Shown piece by piece: positions 1 through 9,113 of a DNA stretch of 64,000 nucleotides. The stretch spans positions 16,563 to 80,562 of the forward strand of contig DAOWCY010000006.1 in assembly GCA_030639305.1 (NCBI GenBank). The letters run 5' to 3'. Both the position numbers and the translations under genes were made by a program. The notes below the pieces were generated by a model that was not told the origin of the DNA, did no database searches, and worked only from the letters and a program-made list of their open reading frames with translations. Numbering within the stretch: the stretch's first letter is position 1; every line of letters begins with the position of its first letter. This stretch comes from Candidatus Aminicenantes bacterium (GTDB lineage: Bacteria; Acidobacteriota; Aminicenantia; UBA2199).

Positions 1-988
1 CTATTTCCCTGGATATTTTAGTCAAAATATTGCCTCTAATAAATTCTTTACTGAGGTTGATGGCGTTCTTGACGGCGTTCTTACTGGACCTGCCGTGGCC
101 GATGATAACGATGCCGTTTACACCTAATAGTAATGCACCGCCATATTCGGTATAGTCGAGTTTCTTCTTGAGCCTTCGTAAAGAACTTTTCAAGAAGAAA
201 AAACCGACCCTGGCCAGCAGGTCGGACATGGTTTCCCGCTTCAACATAGAGTGCATGGCGGAGATAACGCCTTCGGAAACCTTTATCATTATATTGCCGG
301 TAAATCCGTCGGTAACGATCAAATCGGTTTCACCGGCATAGACATCCTTGCCTTCCACATTGCCGACAAAATTTATATCTAAGGATTTTAACAAGTTGTG
401 GGTCACTTTAGTTAATTCGTTACCTTTTACATCTTCTTCACCCACGCTCATCAAGCCGATACGGGGCCTCTTTATGCCGTGCATAGCCTCTAAATATACT
501 TTCCCCATTAAAGCGAATTGAACCAGGTTCTTCGGTGTCGAATCTACGTTTGCCCCCACGTCCACCAGCAGGGCATTGCTTTTAAGCGTGGGTATCATAA
601 CCGCTAAGGCCGGCCTGTCGATACTCTTCAACATGCCCAACACCGTTTTGGCAATGGCCATGACAGCGCCGGTATTACCGGCAGAAACCATGGCCTGGGC
701 TTTTTTTTGTTTAACCAGGTCTAAGGCTTTTTTTATCGACGTCCTCTCTCTTTTGCGCCAGTAGGAAAAGAATTGTTCCCGCATGGAAACAGCTTCCAGT
801 GCATTAACGATTTCGATTTTTTCCGCACCTAAAGAATTGTTTTTCCTTAATTCTTTTTTTATTTCTTTCTCTTTTCCTACTAAAGTCAGGCCGATATCTT
901 TATGATAATCTCTTAGATAGTCGATTGCTCCCTCGATAATCACTCCCGGGCCGGTATCGCCGCCCATGGCATCGATTGCAATCTTCAT
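1..988 (-). CDS. plsX: Phosphate acyltransferase PlsX. Partial: C-terminus runs off the window start. Start at ATG 988, alternative 997.
   Basis: Minus-strand translation begins MDNMKIAIDAMGGDTGPGVIIEGAIDYL and continues with typical PlsX sequence. It sits immediately downstream of rpmF in the conserved yceD-rpmF-plsX order. The +strand ORF 576..764 is antisense noise. Confidence 0.85.
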   Translation of the reverse strand, partial: MKIAIDAMGGDTGPGVIIEGAIDYLRDYHKDIGLTLVGKEKEIKKELRKNNSLGAEKIEIVNALEAVSMREQFFSYWRKRERTSIKKALDLVKQKKAQAMVSAGNTGAVMAIAKTVLGMLKSIDRPALAVMIPTLKSNALLVDVGANVDSTPKNLVQFALMGKVYLEAMHGIKRPRIGLMSVGEEDVKGNELTKVTHNLLKSLDINFVGNVEGKDVYAGETDLIVTDGFTGNIMIKVSEGVISAMHSMLKRETMSDLLARVGFFFLKSSLRRLKKKLDYTEYGGALLLGVNGIVIIGHGRSSKNAVKNAINLSKEFIRGNILTKISREI

Positions 989-1001
989 ATTATCCATATA
1001 A

Positions 1002-1184
1002 TTATTCTTCTTCGCCCTTTACAACCTGGCGGCCGTCGTAATAACCGCAATTCGTACACGCTCTGTGGGGAAGTTTAGCCTCGTTACACTGGGGACAACG
1101 TGATTGTCCCTCAACTTTTAGAGCTTGATGCGACCTTCTTTTATGTGACCTCTGATGCGAATGTCTTCTCTTTGGCAGTGCCAT
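1002..1184 (-). CDS. rpmF: 50S ribosomal protein L32
   Basis: 60 aa, MALPKRRHSHQRSHKRRSHQALK..., with a CPQC...CTNC zinc ribbon. Conserved position between yceD and plsX. Confidence 0.9.
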   Translation of the reverse strand: MALPKRRHSHQRSHKRRSHQALKVEGQSRCPQCNEAKLPHRACTNCGYYDGRQVVKGEEE

Positions 1185-1187
1185 TTT

Positions 1188-1694
1188 TCACCTCGTTATA
1201 TTGTTGAATAGAAAATTCATGCTATTTAATGAATTTTCACATTTACACTGATGATAGTTTAAATTTATCCCGCAATTGGGACAAATCCCTTTACAGTCCG
1301 GGCTGCACATCGGGTTAAAGGGAATAAAAAGATTTACCTGTTCCATCAGTATCTTAGATAAATCTATCTTGTCGCCTTCATAAAATATATATTCCATTTC
1401 ATCAGGATTAAGGGCTTTGTTCAGGTCCACCAAATCACCGGGAAATAAAATAATATCGAACTTAGAATTTATTTTCATCTCGAATTGTTCTAAGCAGTAC
1501 ACGCAGAGCAGGGAGACGGAAGTTATGATCCGTCCTTTGGCTTTGACCTGGCTGCCTTCACGTTTAAGAAAGATGTTATAAGCGATATCGCCAAGGAAAA
1601 AACTGCCGTCTTCGATCAGCATATTTTCATCTAACTCTACGCTGTCATCGAGCAAAAGCCCTTTTCCGCTTATCTTGTTTATATCAACGAGCAT
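1188..1694 (-). CDS. yceD: YceD/DUF177 family protein (large ribosomal RNA accumulation protein)
   Basis: 168 aa with a C-terminal Cys cluster (CSPDCKGICPNCGINLN...CKC) typical of DUF177. Canonical position upstream of rpmF-plsX. Confidence 0.75.
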   Translation of the reverse strand: MLVDINKISGKGLLLDDSVELDENMLIEDGSFFLGDIAYNIFLKREGSQVKAKGRIITSVSLLCVYCLEQFEMKINSKFDIILFPGDLVDLNKALNPDEMEYIFYEGDKIDLSKILMEQVNLFIPFNPMCSPDCKGICPNCGINLNYHQCKCENSLNSMNFLFNNITR

Positions 1695-1871
1695 GCGACA
1701 TTCCTCACAAATTTAAACTTGTTATCCTCTGATTTTTAAGTTAATTCATCAAATTACAGACTCTTTTTTAACATATTTAACGGCTAAAGTCAAGATGCGG
1801 CGAAAAATAAGTCGGTCTCGAATGTCGAATGTTAAGACATAACGCTGCTAATGTATTGTTGAATTCCAAAA

Positions 1872-3068
1872 CTAACCTCTATCCATATCACTTTTAAAAA
1901 CGATCTTAAAAACCGTCCCTTTGCTCCTGTCTAAAGAGATGCTGCCGTTTATCTTTTTGCACAGCAGCCTGACCAACTGCATTCCTAAAGCCTCGGATTT
2001 GCGGAAATCTAAATAGTCGGGGAAACCTTTGCCATTGTCACCTATAGTTAATACATAGGTGTTGTTCTTAGAAATAAAGTCGATGACAATTTCCCCTTTT
2101 TTCCCCGGCGGAAAAGCAAATTTCAAGGAGTTCGAGACCAGCTCATTGATAATCAGCCCGCAGGGGATGGCGGTATTGATTTCTAAGAATACATTGCTAA
2201 CATTCTTCTTGAGATTAATATCATCGGGACTGACGGCATAAGTGGTAAATAAATCGGGCAAAAGACTGTCTACATATTCGGAAAAATCAATACTGGAAAA
2301 ATCCCTGGAATTGTATAATTTCTCATGGATCAGGGCCATGGAGCGGATGCGGTTCCAGCTTTCCCGGAAAGCTTTTTTTGCTTTTTCGTCTTTTATTTGC
2401 AGTTCCTGGATGCTGAGCATGCTGGATATGATTTGCATATTGTCGTTAACGCGGTGGTGAATCTCTTTGAGCAGGAGCTCTTTTTCGCGCAGCGATGCTT
2501 TGGTATGCTCTTCCGCCCGTTTGCGTTCGACGATTTCCCGCTGCAGGTCGAAATTGGCTTCCGCCAATTTGGCGGTGCGTTCCCTGACCATCTCTTCTAA
2601 ATGGTCGCGGTGCCGCCGCAGTTCTTCTTCTATCCGGCGGCGCTCGGCCAACTCGCGCTGCAGTTCGTGCAGCAGCCGTTTGTTTTCTATTACCAAATGC
2701 TGCTTCTCTAAGCTCTCCTCGATAGTGGATAGTACTTCATCTATATCTAAGGGTTTGGTGATGTAAGAAGAAGCTCCTTCATTCATGGCCTGTACCGCGG
2801 TCTCTAAAGAAGCGTGACCGGTTACCATGATAATCACTATGTCGGGAAACATTTGTTTTAACAGCGGTATCAGTTCGATTCCCTCCATGTCGGGCAGTTT
2901 GATGTCCAACAGCGCCACATTAAAAAACCGTTCGTGAACTTTGCTGATGGCTTCCCGCCCTGTTTCCACCGCGATGGTTTCATAACCTTTCTTTTTAAAT
3001 ATTAACGATAGACTTCTGCGTGTGCTTTCGGAGTCGTCAACAATCAGGATACTCTCTTTCTCAGCCAT
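1872..3068 (-). CDS. Hybrid response regulator / histidine kinase: N-terminal REC, coiled coil, HisKA_2-like H-box and HATPase_c
   Basis: REC motifs ILIVDDSE...[11 protein letters not shown]...KPLD. A long charged coiled coil. H-box [17 protein letters not shown]. ATPase boxes [13 protein letters not shown] and GDNGKGFP. Start moved to MAEKES (ATG 3068), 2 nt after the stop of the upstream gene; the track start at 3101 overlaps that gene. Confidence 0.8.
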   Translation of the reverse strand: MAEKESILIVDDSESTRRSLSLIFKKKGYETIAVETGREAISKVHERFFNVALLDIKLPDMEGIELIPLLKQMFPDIVIIMVTGHASLETAVQAMNEGASSYITKPLDIDEVLSTIEESLEKQHLVIENKRLLHELQRELAERRRIEEELRRHRDHLEEMVRERTAKLAEANFDLQREIVERKRAEEHTKASLREKELLLKEIHHRVNDNMQIISSMLSIQELQIKDEKAKKAFRESWNRIRSMALIHEKLYNSRDFSSIDFSEYVDSLLPDLFTTYAVSPDDINLKKNVSNVFLEINTAIPCGLIINELVSNSLKFAFPPGKKGEIVIDFISKNNTYVLTIGDNGKGFPDYLDFRKSEALGMQLVRLLCKKINGSISLDRSKGTVFKIVFKSDMDRG

Positions 3069-3819
3069 CTTTCTTTTCCTTTTTTCTTTCCAATATCTCA
3101 TTGGTGAGATTTAGCATTTCCTTCATGTTCAAGGGTTTGTAGAGACAGGCGTAGGCATTGTTATACAGGGCCGTTTCCACTAACTCGGCCATCTCCTGCC
3201 TGTAGCCAGTCATCATCACGGCCACTGCCCGGGGATTGACTTTTTTGATGGCCAAATAGGTCTCCAGGCCGTTTAAAGTGGGCAGCTTCATGTCGATGAA
3301 AATGATGTCGTAGGTTTCCTGTCCTGCTGTCTCTATGGCTTCTTCACCGGTGTGGGCGATACCTACCCGGAAACCCTTCTTGATCAAAATGTTTTTCAGG
3401 GTGGTGCAGGTACTGGGGTCGTCGTCAACAACCAGTATCAGCGCCCCTTCATTGTTCTGCCGGGCGGTTTCCACCAATTCCAGGATCTTTTCGATGTCTA
3501 TGGGTTTATAGATGATACCGAAGGCGCCCTCTTCTAAGGCCTGCTGCACTAAGTCTTCCACTGCGTAGGCTGTCATCATCATTACTTTGGTGTCCGGGCG
3601 GATCTTTTTGATTCTTTTGTAAGCTTCTACCCCGTTCATCAGGGGCATTTTGATATCCATGAAAATGATATCGAAAGGCTGCTTCTCTACCATTTCTATG
3701 GCTTGAGGCCCGTTCTCGGCAATGGAGACGGTGTAACCTTTGCGCTGCATGATAAAAGCCATGGTTTTACACTGGCTGACATTATCGTCCACTATCAAGA
3801 TATTTGCACTATCCGACAT
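3061..3819 (-). CDS. Response regulator with two tandem receiver (REC) domains and no output domain
   Basis: 252 aa with two complete REC domains (ILIVDDN...[14 protein letters not shown]...KPID and ILVVDDD...[14 protein letters not shown]...KPLN). Its start lies 2 nt from the upstream kinase stop, and 2 nt separate its stop from the downstream gene's start. Confidence 0.8.
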   Translation of the reverse strand: MSDSANILIVDDNVSQCKTMAFIMQRKGYTVSIAENGPQAIEMVEKQPFDIIFMDIKMPLMNGVEAYKRIKKIRPDTKVMMMTAYAVEDLVQQALEEGAFGIIYKPIDIEKILELVETARQNNEGALILVVDDDPSTCTTLKNILIKKGFRVGIAHTGEEAIETAGQETYDIIFIDMKLPTLNGLETYLAIKKVNPRAVAVMMTGYRQEMAELVETALYNNAYACLYKPLNMKEMLNLTNEILERKKEKKDG

Positions 3820-3820
3820 T

Positions 3821-5209
3821 TTATCCCTCCTGTAAACCGGTGGGCAGTTTTACCGTAAAGGTCGTGCCTACACCGGTCTCACTTTTTACTTCGATACTAC
3901 CTCCGTGCCCCTCTACAAAGGTTTTCGTGATGGCCATACCCAGGCCGATGCCTTTGGCTTTGCCGGTGAAGAGGGGTTCGAAGATTCTCTTCAGGTGTTC
4001 CTCGGGTATGCCCACTCCTGTGTCCGCAAAAGAGAGAGCCACCCAACCCGGGGCAGTAACCCGGTACTCGATTTGTAGACGTCCTCCTTCGGCCATGGCC
4101 TGGAAGGCGTTTTGTATGATATTGTCGAAAACCCTGGCCAGTTGGTCCGGATCAGCCATGACCAAAGGCAGAGCTTCGTCTAAGCGATTCTCTACTTCGA
4201 TGTTTTCCGCTTTTTTGACACGGTTGAGCGTTTCCCGGATGATGCGACCGAGCTCGATTTTGCGCTTGAGCGGGGGTTTGGCCCGGGCAAAATCCAATAA
4301 ACTGCTGATGATGCGCTCGGAACCATCGACTTCCTTTTCTAAGATAGTTAGCGTCTCCTTTATTTCGGGATCGGGATTCTCCAAAACCATGTTTAAGAAG
4401 TAAACGGAATTCTTTATGGCGCCTAAAGGGTTGCGCAGTTCGTGCCCCACACCGCCGGCCAATTGGCCGATCACGGCCAACCGCTCCTGGCGCATTTGTC
4501 TTTCCTCTTCCAACTGTTTGCGCTCGGTGATATCGTGGATTACACAGACGATTCCCTCTACCTGGCCGCCTTCTCCCTGCATTACCGAACCGGAAAAAGA
4601 GACCGGTATTTTGCGGCCATCTTTGGCTGCGCATATGGATTCCACACCGTTAATGACACCGGTTTTCAACAATTTATCGAAGCCTAATTCTGTGAAGGCC
4701 GGCGGGTCGAAAATTTCGCTTATATGCAGGCCTAACAGTTCGGCTTCCTTGTAGCCCAGCATGTGTGACGCAGCGAGATTCACTTTTTTGATTTTGGCCT
4801 GCGGGGTTAGCACAGTCAGGGTTTCGGACATGGATTGGATGATCTTGTCTAAGAAATCTACGGATACAGTGGAGGAGTGCAGCTCTTCGCCCAAAGCGTT
4901 CATGCCCGAAGCGATGGCGTCGAAGGTATCGCCTTTATCGCTGACAGGCACCCTTTTGCTGTAATCTAAGGTGGCGATGGCCATGATGACTGCCATGATC
5001 TCATCGAGCCTTTTTTCCGCTTCGGTCATGGAAATGAGTCGGTAGGTGAGTTCCTCGGCCAGCATGTTCAGCCCGATAATGATGCCGTCCAAATCATCGT
5101 CTTTCCCCGAGGGCATCTCCGTTTTGCTGAGATCGCCGGCGGCCAATCTCGTAATAAATTCGAGAATCCTGCCGATGCGATTATTGACAGGTGTTGTTTT
5201 TTTTGTCAT
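3821..5209 (-). CDS. Sensor histidine kinase: HAMP-like N-terminus, PAS, HisKA, HATPase_c
   Basis: H-box GHELRNPLGAIKNSVYFL. N/G boxes NIIQNAFQAM and DTGVGIPEEHLKRIFEPLFTGKAKGIGLGMAITK. A PAS-like core lies upstream. There is no evident TM segment, so it is probably cytoplasmic. Confidence 0.85.
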   Translation of the reverse strand: MTKKTTPVNNRIGRILEFITRLAAGDLSKTEMPSGKDDDLDGIIIGLNMLAEELTYRLISMTEAEKRLDEIMAVIMAIATLDYSKRVPVSDKGDTFDAIASGMNALGEELHSSTVSVDFLDKIIQSMSETLTVLTPQAKIKKVNLAASHMLGYKEAELLGLHISEIFDPPAFTELGFDKLLKTGVINGVESICAAKDGRKIPVSFSGSVMQGEGGQVEGIVCVIHDITERKQLEEERQMRQERLAVIGQLAGGVGHELRNPLGAIKNSVYFLNMVLENPDPEIKETLTILEKEVDGSERIISSLLDFARAKPPLKRKIELGRIIRETLNRVKKAENIEVENRLDEALPLVMADPDQLARVFDNIIQNAFQAMAEGGRLQIEYRVTAPGWVALSFADTGVGIPEEHLKRIFEPLFTGKAKGIGLGMAITKTFVEGHGGSIEVKSETGVGTTFTVKLPTGLQEG

Positions 5210-5284
5210 TTTTGAAATCCTCCCCGTTTTTTATTTGTCTCTTTTTTTGAAATTCTTTTCTTCAAGTTTACTCCTTTTATATAT

Positions 5285-5683
5285 CTAAGAATCGTCCTTT
5301 TCCGCGAAACCTTTCAACCAGGCTAAGGCTTTCTCTTCATCGGTAAAAAGTTTGGCATGATAGGCCGGTTTGCCTAATTTTATAAAAAGATTTCCGGTCA
5401 CTTTCGCCAAAGGGGAGACAGCGATTATGGCTGCGGCTTTCAGCAGCTTCGCTGCTTCTTCCGATGCGCCGTAATCCCGCGTTTTTTTGTCCGATGTTTT
5501 GATGCCTGCGATATCGAATAGCACCCGATTCTGATCATGGCCGCTTAACTGTTTATAAGACCTGGTAAGCTCCCGGATTTGTTCGATATTGATCCTTGTG
5601 TGGGGGGTGATCGATACCCGGATGATACCGTCTTCCCCTATCCAAAGTTTTGCGAAATCAAATTCGATTACTTTTTTCTTCAT
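5285..5683 (-). CDS. STAS/SpoIIAA-like domain protein, paralog 1 of 4 (the most divergent)
   Basis: 132 aa. Shares the ...SP(V/L)xKVxGNxF(L/I)xLxKP...KLFT(S/D)EEKAxxWL C-terminal signature with the three downstream paralogs. Family assignment is from recollection of the SpoIIAA-like STAS family. Confidence 0.55.
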   Translation of the reverse strand: MKKKVIEFDFAKLWIGEDGIIRVSITPHTRINIEQIRELTRSYKQLSGHDQNRVLFDIAGIKTSDKKTRDYGASEEAAKLLKAAAIIAVSPLAKVTGNLFIKLGKPAYHAKLFTDEEKALAWLKGFAEKDDS

Positions 5684-5704
5684 TTTTACACCTACTTATG
5701 TACT

Positions 5705-6103
5705 TTAAGACTCCTTTTTGTCGATAAATCCCCGCAGCCAGGATAATGCTTTTTCCTTCGAAGTGAACAACTTCGTGGGAAAGGGCGTCTTATTAATTCC
5801 TAAGAAAAAATTCCCGATCACCCTGCTTACCGGCGAACCGATTAAAAAAGCTTGAGCTAAAGCAGCTTTTAGGGCTTTCTCACTGGAAACATATGATCTC
5901 GCTTCCCGGGTTATATATTTCACTTCTCTTATATCCACAAGGACGGGAGATATTTTACCGCCAATAACATTATACACGGCTGCAGCGTTTTCTTTCATTT
6001 CGGCAAGCGCTATTTCAGCGTTAGGCGAATGCTCCACACAGCAGATATTTTCTTCGTTCAACCAAACCTTAGCAGTTTTTGTTTCGATTACTTCGCTCTT
6101 CAT
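5705..6103 (-). CDS. STAS/SpoIIAA-like domain protein, paralog 2
   Basis: 132 aa, MKSEVIETKTAKVWL...GSPVSRVIGNFFLGINKTPFPTKLFTSKEKALSWLRGF. Roughly 50–60% identical to paralogs 3 and 4. Confidence 0.6.
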   Translation of the reverse strand: MKSEVIETKTAKVWLNEENICCVEHSPNAEIALAEMKENAAAVYNVIGGKISPVLVDIREVKYITREARSYVSSEKALKAALAQAFLIGSPVSRVIGNFFLGINKTPFPTKLFTSKEKALSWLRGFIDKKES

Positions 6104-6128
6104 TCTCTCACATCCTTAATACAAACCA

Positions 6129-6530
6129 TTAGTTTTCCTCCTGCTCCAGGAATGTTTTTAACCATTCTACCGCTTTTTCCTCCGAAGTGAACAACTTAAT
6201 AGGATGGGTCGGGGGTTTATTTAATCCTAAGAAAAAATTCCCGACCACCTTGCTTACCGGCGAACCGGTTAAAAGGGCAGCGGCAGCAGTGACTTTTTCC
6301 ATTTCCCGGCCTGAAGGATATAATCTCGCCTCCCGGGTCATATATTTAACTTTTCTTATATCGATAAAGATAAGAGCTTTTTTGCCGCCAACGACGTTAT
6401 ACGTGGCAGCAACATTTTTTTTCATGTCATCGAGCGTTATTTCAACATCAGGCAATAGCTCCACATGACAGATATTGTCTCTACTCAACCAAATCTTAGT
6501 AGTGCTTGTCTCTGTCACTTCGTTCTTCAT
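6129..6530 (-). CDS. STAS/SpoIIAA-like domain protein, paralog 3
   Basis: 133 aa, MKNEVTETSTTKIWL...GSPVSKVVGNFFLGLNKPPTHPIKLFTSEEKAVEWLKTF. Confidence 0.6.
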   Translation of the reverse strand: MKNEVTETSTTKIWLSRDNICHVELLPDVEITLDDMKKNVAATYNVVGGKKALIFIDIRKVKYMTREARLYPSGREMEKVTAAAALLTGSPVSKVVGNFFLGLNKPPTHPIKLFTSEEKAVEWLKTFLEQEEN

Positions 6531-6555
6531 TCTCTCTCCTCCTTAATACAAACCA

Positions 6556-6951
6556 TTAGTTCTCCTCCTGCTCCAGGAACGATTTTAACCACGCGGTCGC
6601 TTTTTCTTCCGAATTAAACATCCTGGAAGGGAACCGGGGCTTGTTGATGGCCATGAAAAAATTCCCGATCACCTTGCTTACCGGCGAAGTCACCAGGAGA
6701 GCCAGGACTGTGTGAATCTTTTCCGCCTCCTCGCCGGATAAATGCCTCCTGGCGTCCCGGTCTATGGACTTAATAGTCCTGATATCGGTCAGCACCGGGG
6801 TTTTTTTGCCCCCGGTAAGTTTGGCATGGATTTTGAGATGTTCCCTGGCTAATCCGAGATCCATTTCGGCGTTGGGGTGGGTCTCGGAATGAAAAATACC
6901 GTCTTCCAACCACAGTTTGGCTCCTTTTGTTTCGATTACTTCGCTCTTCAT
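6556..6951 (-). CDS. STAS/SpoIIAA-like domain protein, paralog 4. The track start at 6975 adds MPKEEEKE; MKSEV at 6951 matches the paralogs and follows a GAGGAGG Shine-Dalgarno.
   Basis: MKSEVIETKGAKLWL...TSPVSKVIGNFFMAINKPRFPSRMFNSEEKATAWLKSF. Confidence 0.6.
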   Translation of the reverse strand: MKSEVIETKGAKLWLEDGIFHSETHPNAEMDLGLAREHLKIHAKLTGGKKTPVLTDIRTIKSIDRDARRHLSGEEAEKIHTVLALLVTSPVSKVIGNFFMAINKPRFPSRMFNSEEKATAWLKSFLEQEEN

Positions 6952-7185
6952 TTCTTTTTCCTCCTCTTTCGGCATAAATGCCGGACCGCATAAGAGAGCC
7001 GCTTAAGACTCTACATGGCACTCCTACCTCTACTGTTGGGTGAAAATCCTGTTCCGGTGTAACGATAATTTAGCGTTTTGGAGTGTACGACTCTATTTTA
7101 AAAGAAATCTTTCAAGAATTCAATATGTTTGTTGATTTTTTTTTCATAAACCGGTTTTTCTATCGCTTTTCCCCAAATTTGAATC

Positions 7186-7214
7186 TTGCATTTTTGAAAA
7201 AAATAAGGGATAAT
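7186..7214 (+). promoter_or_regulatory. Sigma70-like promoter: TTGCAT, 17 nt spacer, GATAAT. A GGAGG Shine-Dalgarno follows 6 nt before ATG 7231.
   Basis: Read directly: cTTGCATttttgaaaaaaataaggGATAATattagcGGAGGttattATG. Confidence 0.5.
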
Positions 7215-7230
7215 ATTAGCGGAGGTTATT

Positions 7231-8046
7231 ATGGAGTGTCCATATTGTCATAAAATTGCTCCGGACACTAATTATAAGTGTCCACACTGCCGCCAGGTTA
7301 TAAAAGATGGCCTCGATCCCCTCAGCCGGTACGAAAAACAAAAACAGGCTGAAAAAAACGATCATCCGCCAACCACAGGGTCACGACCTACAGGGAAACC
7401 CACGGCGGTGAAAACATACTATTTCGTTTTAGCTGCTGTTATTGTCGGTCTGGCTTTGATCGGTTTTTACATGTTACAGCAGAGTCAGGCGCCCAAAACC
7501 GGTAAAAGCAGCGATTCTTCCAGCTACTCACAGCAGTCCCAAAGCGGCGATGATTCTTATGGGAGCGGCACAGAGAGCGGGGAAACCGGCAGGAACTCCG
7601 GGGACAGCGAAGAACCGGAATGGTATGAACCGGAAGAACAACCCGGCGACAAGCCTGTAAGCTATGGATCGAAACCAAGTCGATCATATGAAGAACCGCC
7701 CCGGGTCGCTTATGAACCCGGACAGGAAGTAGAGATCGAAGACCTAATGCAAAGCGGTAAAATCAACATCTTTGATTTTTACAGTGAATTTTGTCCTCCA
7801 TGCCGGCGAATTTCTCCCAAGCTTGAACAGTTAGACCGGCGCAGGGACGACGTCGTGGTGATAAAGATCGATATCAACCGGGAAAATACCCGCGGCATCG
7901 ATTGGAAATCGCCGCTGGCCCGGCAGTATAATCTTTCCAGTATTCCCCATTTTATTATCTACGATGCCGAAGGCCGGCGCACCCACGAAGGCAACTCCGC
8001 TGCTACGCAGGTTATGCAAATGCTCAACAAGGAAGGGATTCGTTGA
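7231..8046 (+). CDS. Membrane-anchored thioredoxin-like protein: N-terminal zinc ribbon, one TM helix, Ser/Gly/Glu-rich linker, C-terminal thioredoxin fold with CPPC
   Basis: CPYCHK...CPHC zinc ribbon. Hydrophobic YYFVLAAVIVGLALIGFYML. Low-complexity SSDSSSYSQQSQSGDDSYGSGTESGETG. Thioredoxin-like FDFYSEFCPPCRRISPKL...IPHFIIYD. Confidence 0.6.
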   Translation: MECPYCHKIAPDTNYKCPHCRQVIKDGLDPLSRYEKQKQAEKNDHPPTTGSRPTGKPTAVKTYYFVLAAVIVGLALIGFYMLQQSQAPKTGKSSDSSSYSQQSQSGDDSYGSGTESGETGRNSGDSEEPEWYEPEEQPGDKPVSYGSKPSRSYEEPPRVAYEPGQEVEIEDLMQSGKINIFDFYSEFCPPCRRISPKLEQLDRRRDDVVVIKIDINRENTRGIDWKSPLARQYNLSSIPHFIIYDAEGRRTHEGNSAATQVMQMLNKEGIR

Positions 8047-8845
8047 TCCCATCCCAGGCATGGTTGATCACCCGGGTGGCTTCATCGAGCTGATGAGGGC
8101 TTTGCAGGGCGCCGGTGATATAAGTTTTGGCTTGCGATACCGCTTCTCTTAAACCCAATCCGCACGCCAACCGGGCAGTAATGGCAGCGGCAAAAGTACA
8201 TCCCGAACCGTGGTTGTTTACACCTTTTACTAAACCTGTTGAAAAAATCGCCGTGCCCCGGTTATCGCAGAGCACATCACAAGCGCTGCCTGGGAAATGA
8301 CCACCCTTCAACAGCACCGGGATTTTAAATTTTTTATATAATTCCACTGCCGCCTTTTCCAGCCCGGCTGGCGTTGTTATATCTATATTTATGTCACCCA
8401 GGATTTCAGCCTCCGCTATATTGGGGGTTACCAAAACAGATAGGGGAAAAAGTTCACGCTCGAGCAAAACAACAGCTTCTTCCCGGAGCAGTGTTCGACC
8501 CGATGTAGAAGCCAGCACCGGGTCGATAACTAACGGCAGGCCGGGGTACCGTTTGAGAATCCCGGCGGCGGTTTCGATAATTTCAGCGGAAAAAAGCATC
8601 CCGGTTTTGATCGCTTTAATTGGGAAACTTCCAAGCACCGCGATTAATTGTTTTTCTACTATTTCGGGGTCTATAGGCTGAACAGCAGTGACTTCCCGGA
8701 AATCCTGGGCGGTGACGGCGGTGATGACCGCAGTGCCGTAAACTCCTAAAGCAAAGAAAGTTTTCAGGTCCGCGTAGACCCCCGCACCCGCACCCGGATC
8801 AGAACCGGCAATCGTTAACGCTGCTATATTTTCTACCATCTTCAT
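8024..8845 (-). CDS. thiD: Hydroxymethylpyrimidine/phosphomethylpyrimidine kinase
   Basis: LTIAGSDPGAGAGVYADLKTF and ...NHGSGCTFAAAITARLA are ThiD hallmarks. The track N-terminal extension (MAPGRAAGGKNL...) is a translation of the repeat element at 8897-9015, so the start is set at MKMVEN (8845). Confidence 0.85.
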   Translation of the reverse strand: MKMVENIAALTIAGSDPGAGAGVYADLKTFFALGVYGTAVITAVTAQDFREVTAVQPIDPEIVEKQLIAVLGSFPIKAIKTGMLFSAEIIETAAGILKRYPGLPLVIDPVLASTSGRTLLREEAVVLLERELFPLSVLVTPNIAEAEILGDINIDITTPAGLEKAAVELYKKFKIPVLLKGGHFPGSACDVLCDNRGTAIFSTGLVKGVNNHGSGCTFAAAITARLACGLGLREAVSQAKTYITGALQSPHQLDEATRVINHAWDGINESLPC

Positions 8846-8896
8846 TTGCGCCTCAATCCCCATTATAGGAGAGCTTCCCCGGTTTGTCAAATTCTT

Positions 8897-9015
8897 ACCT
8901 CCGGCGGCCCTGCCGGGGGCCAAACTTTTGTAAAAGTTTGATCAAAACTTTTGATTAGCGATACGCTTTTCTGCTTTGAGGAACGTTCTTCGTTTGCACC
9001 GCGTCCCGGGGCCTA
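8897..9015. repeat. Intergenic modular repeat element, orientation 1 (GCCTCCGGCGGCCCTGCCGGGGGCCAAACTTTTG.AAAAGTTTGATCAAAACTTTTG...)
   Basis: Matches the family seen about 20 times in this window. Contains the GATC-centred palindrome AAAGTTTGATCAAAACTTT. Confidence 0.8.
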
Positions 9016-9113
9016 CAATTGACCGGTGGTAATAGCTGTATAGACTATATTAAAAACTACCCGCCCATCTTATACCGACCGGCAGCCCCTTATAGGCTCC
9101 CCGCACCGCGGGG

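Noticed and set aside
2059-2766. Plus-strand ORFs 2059..2241, 2242..2460, 2325..2600, 2467..2766 (low-complexity S/R-rich peptides)
   Set aside because: Antisense shadows of the coiled-coil (E/R/L-rich) region of the hybrid kinase gene 1872..3068; charged coiled-coil coding regions give long open antisense frames.
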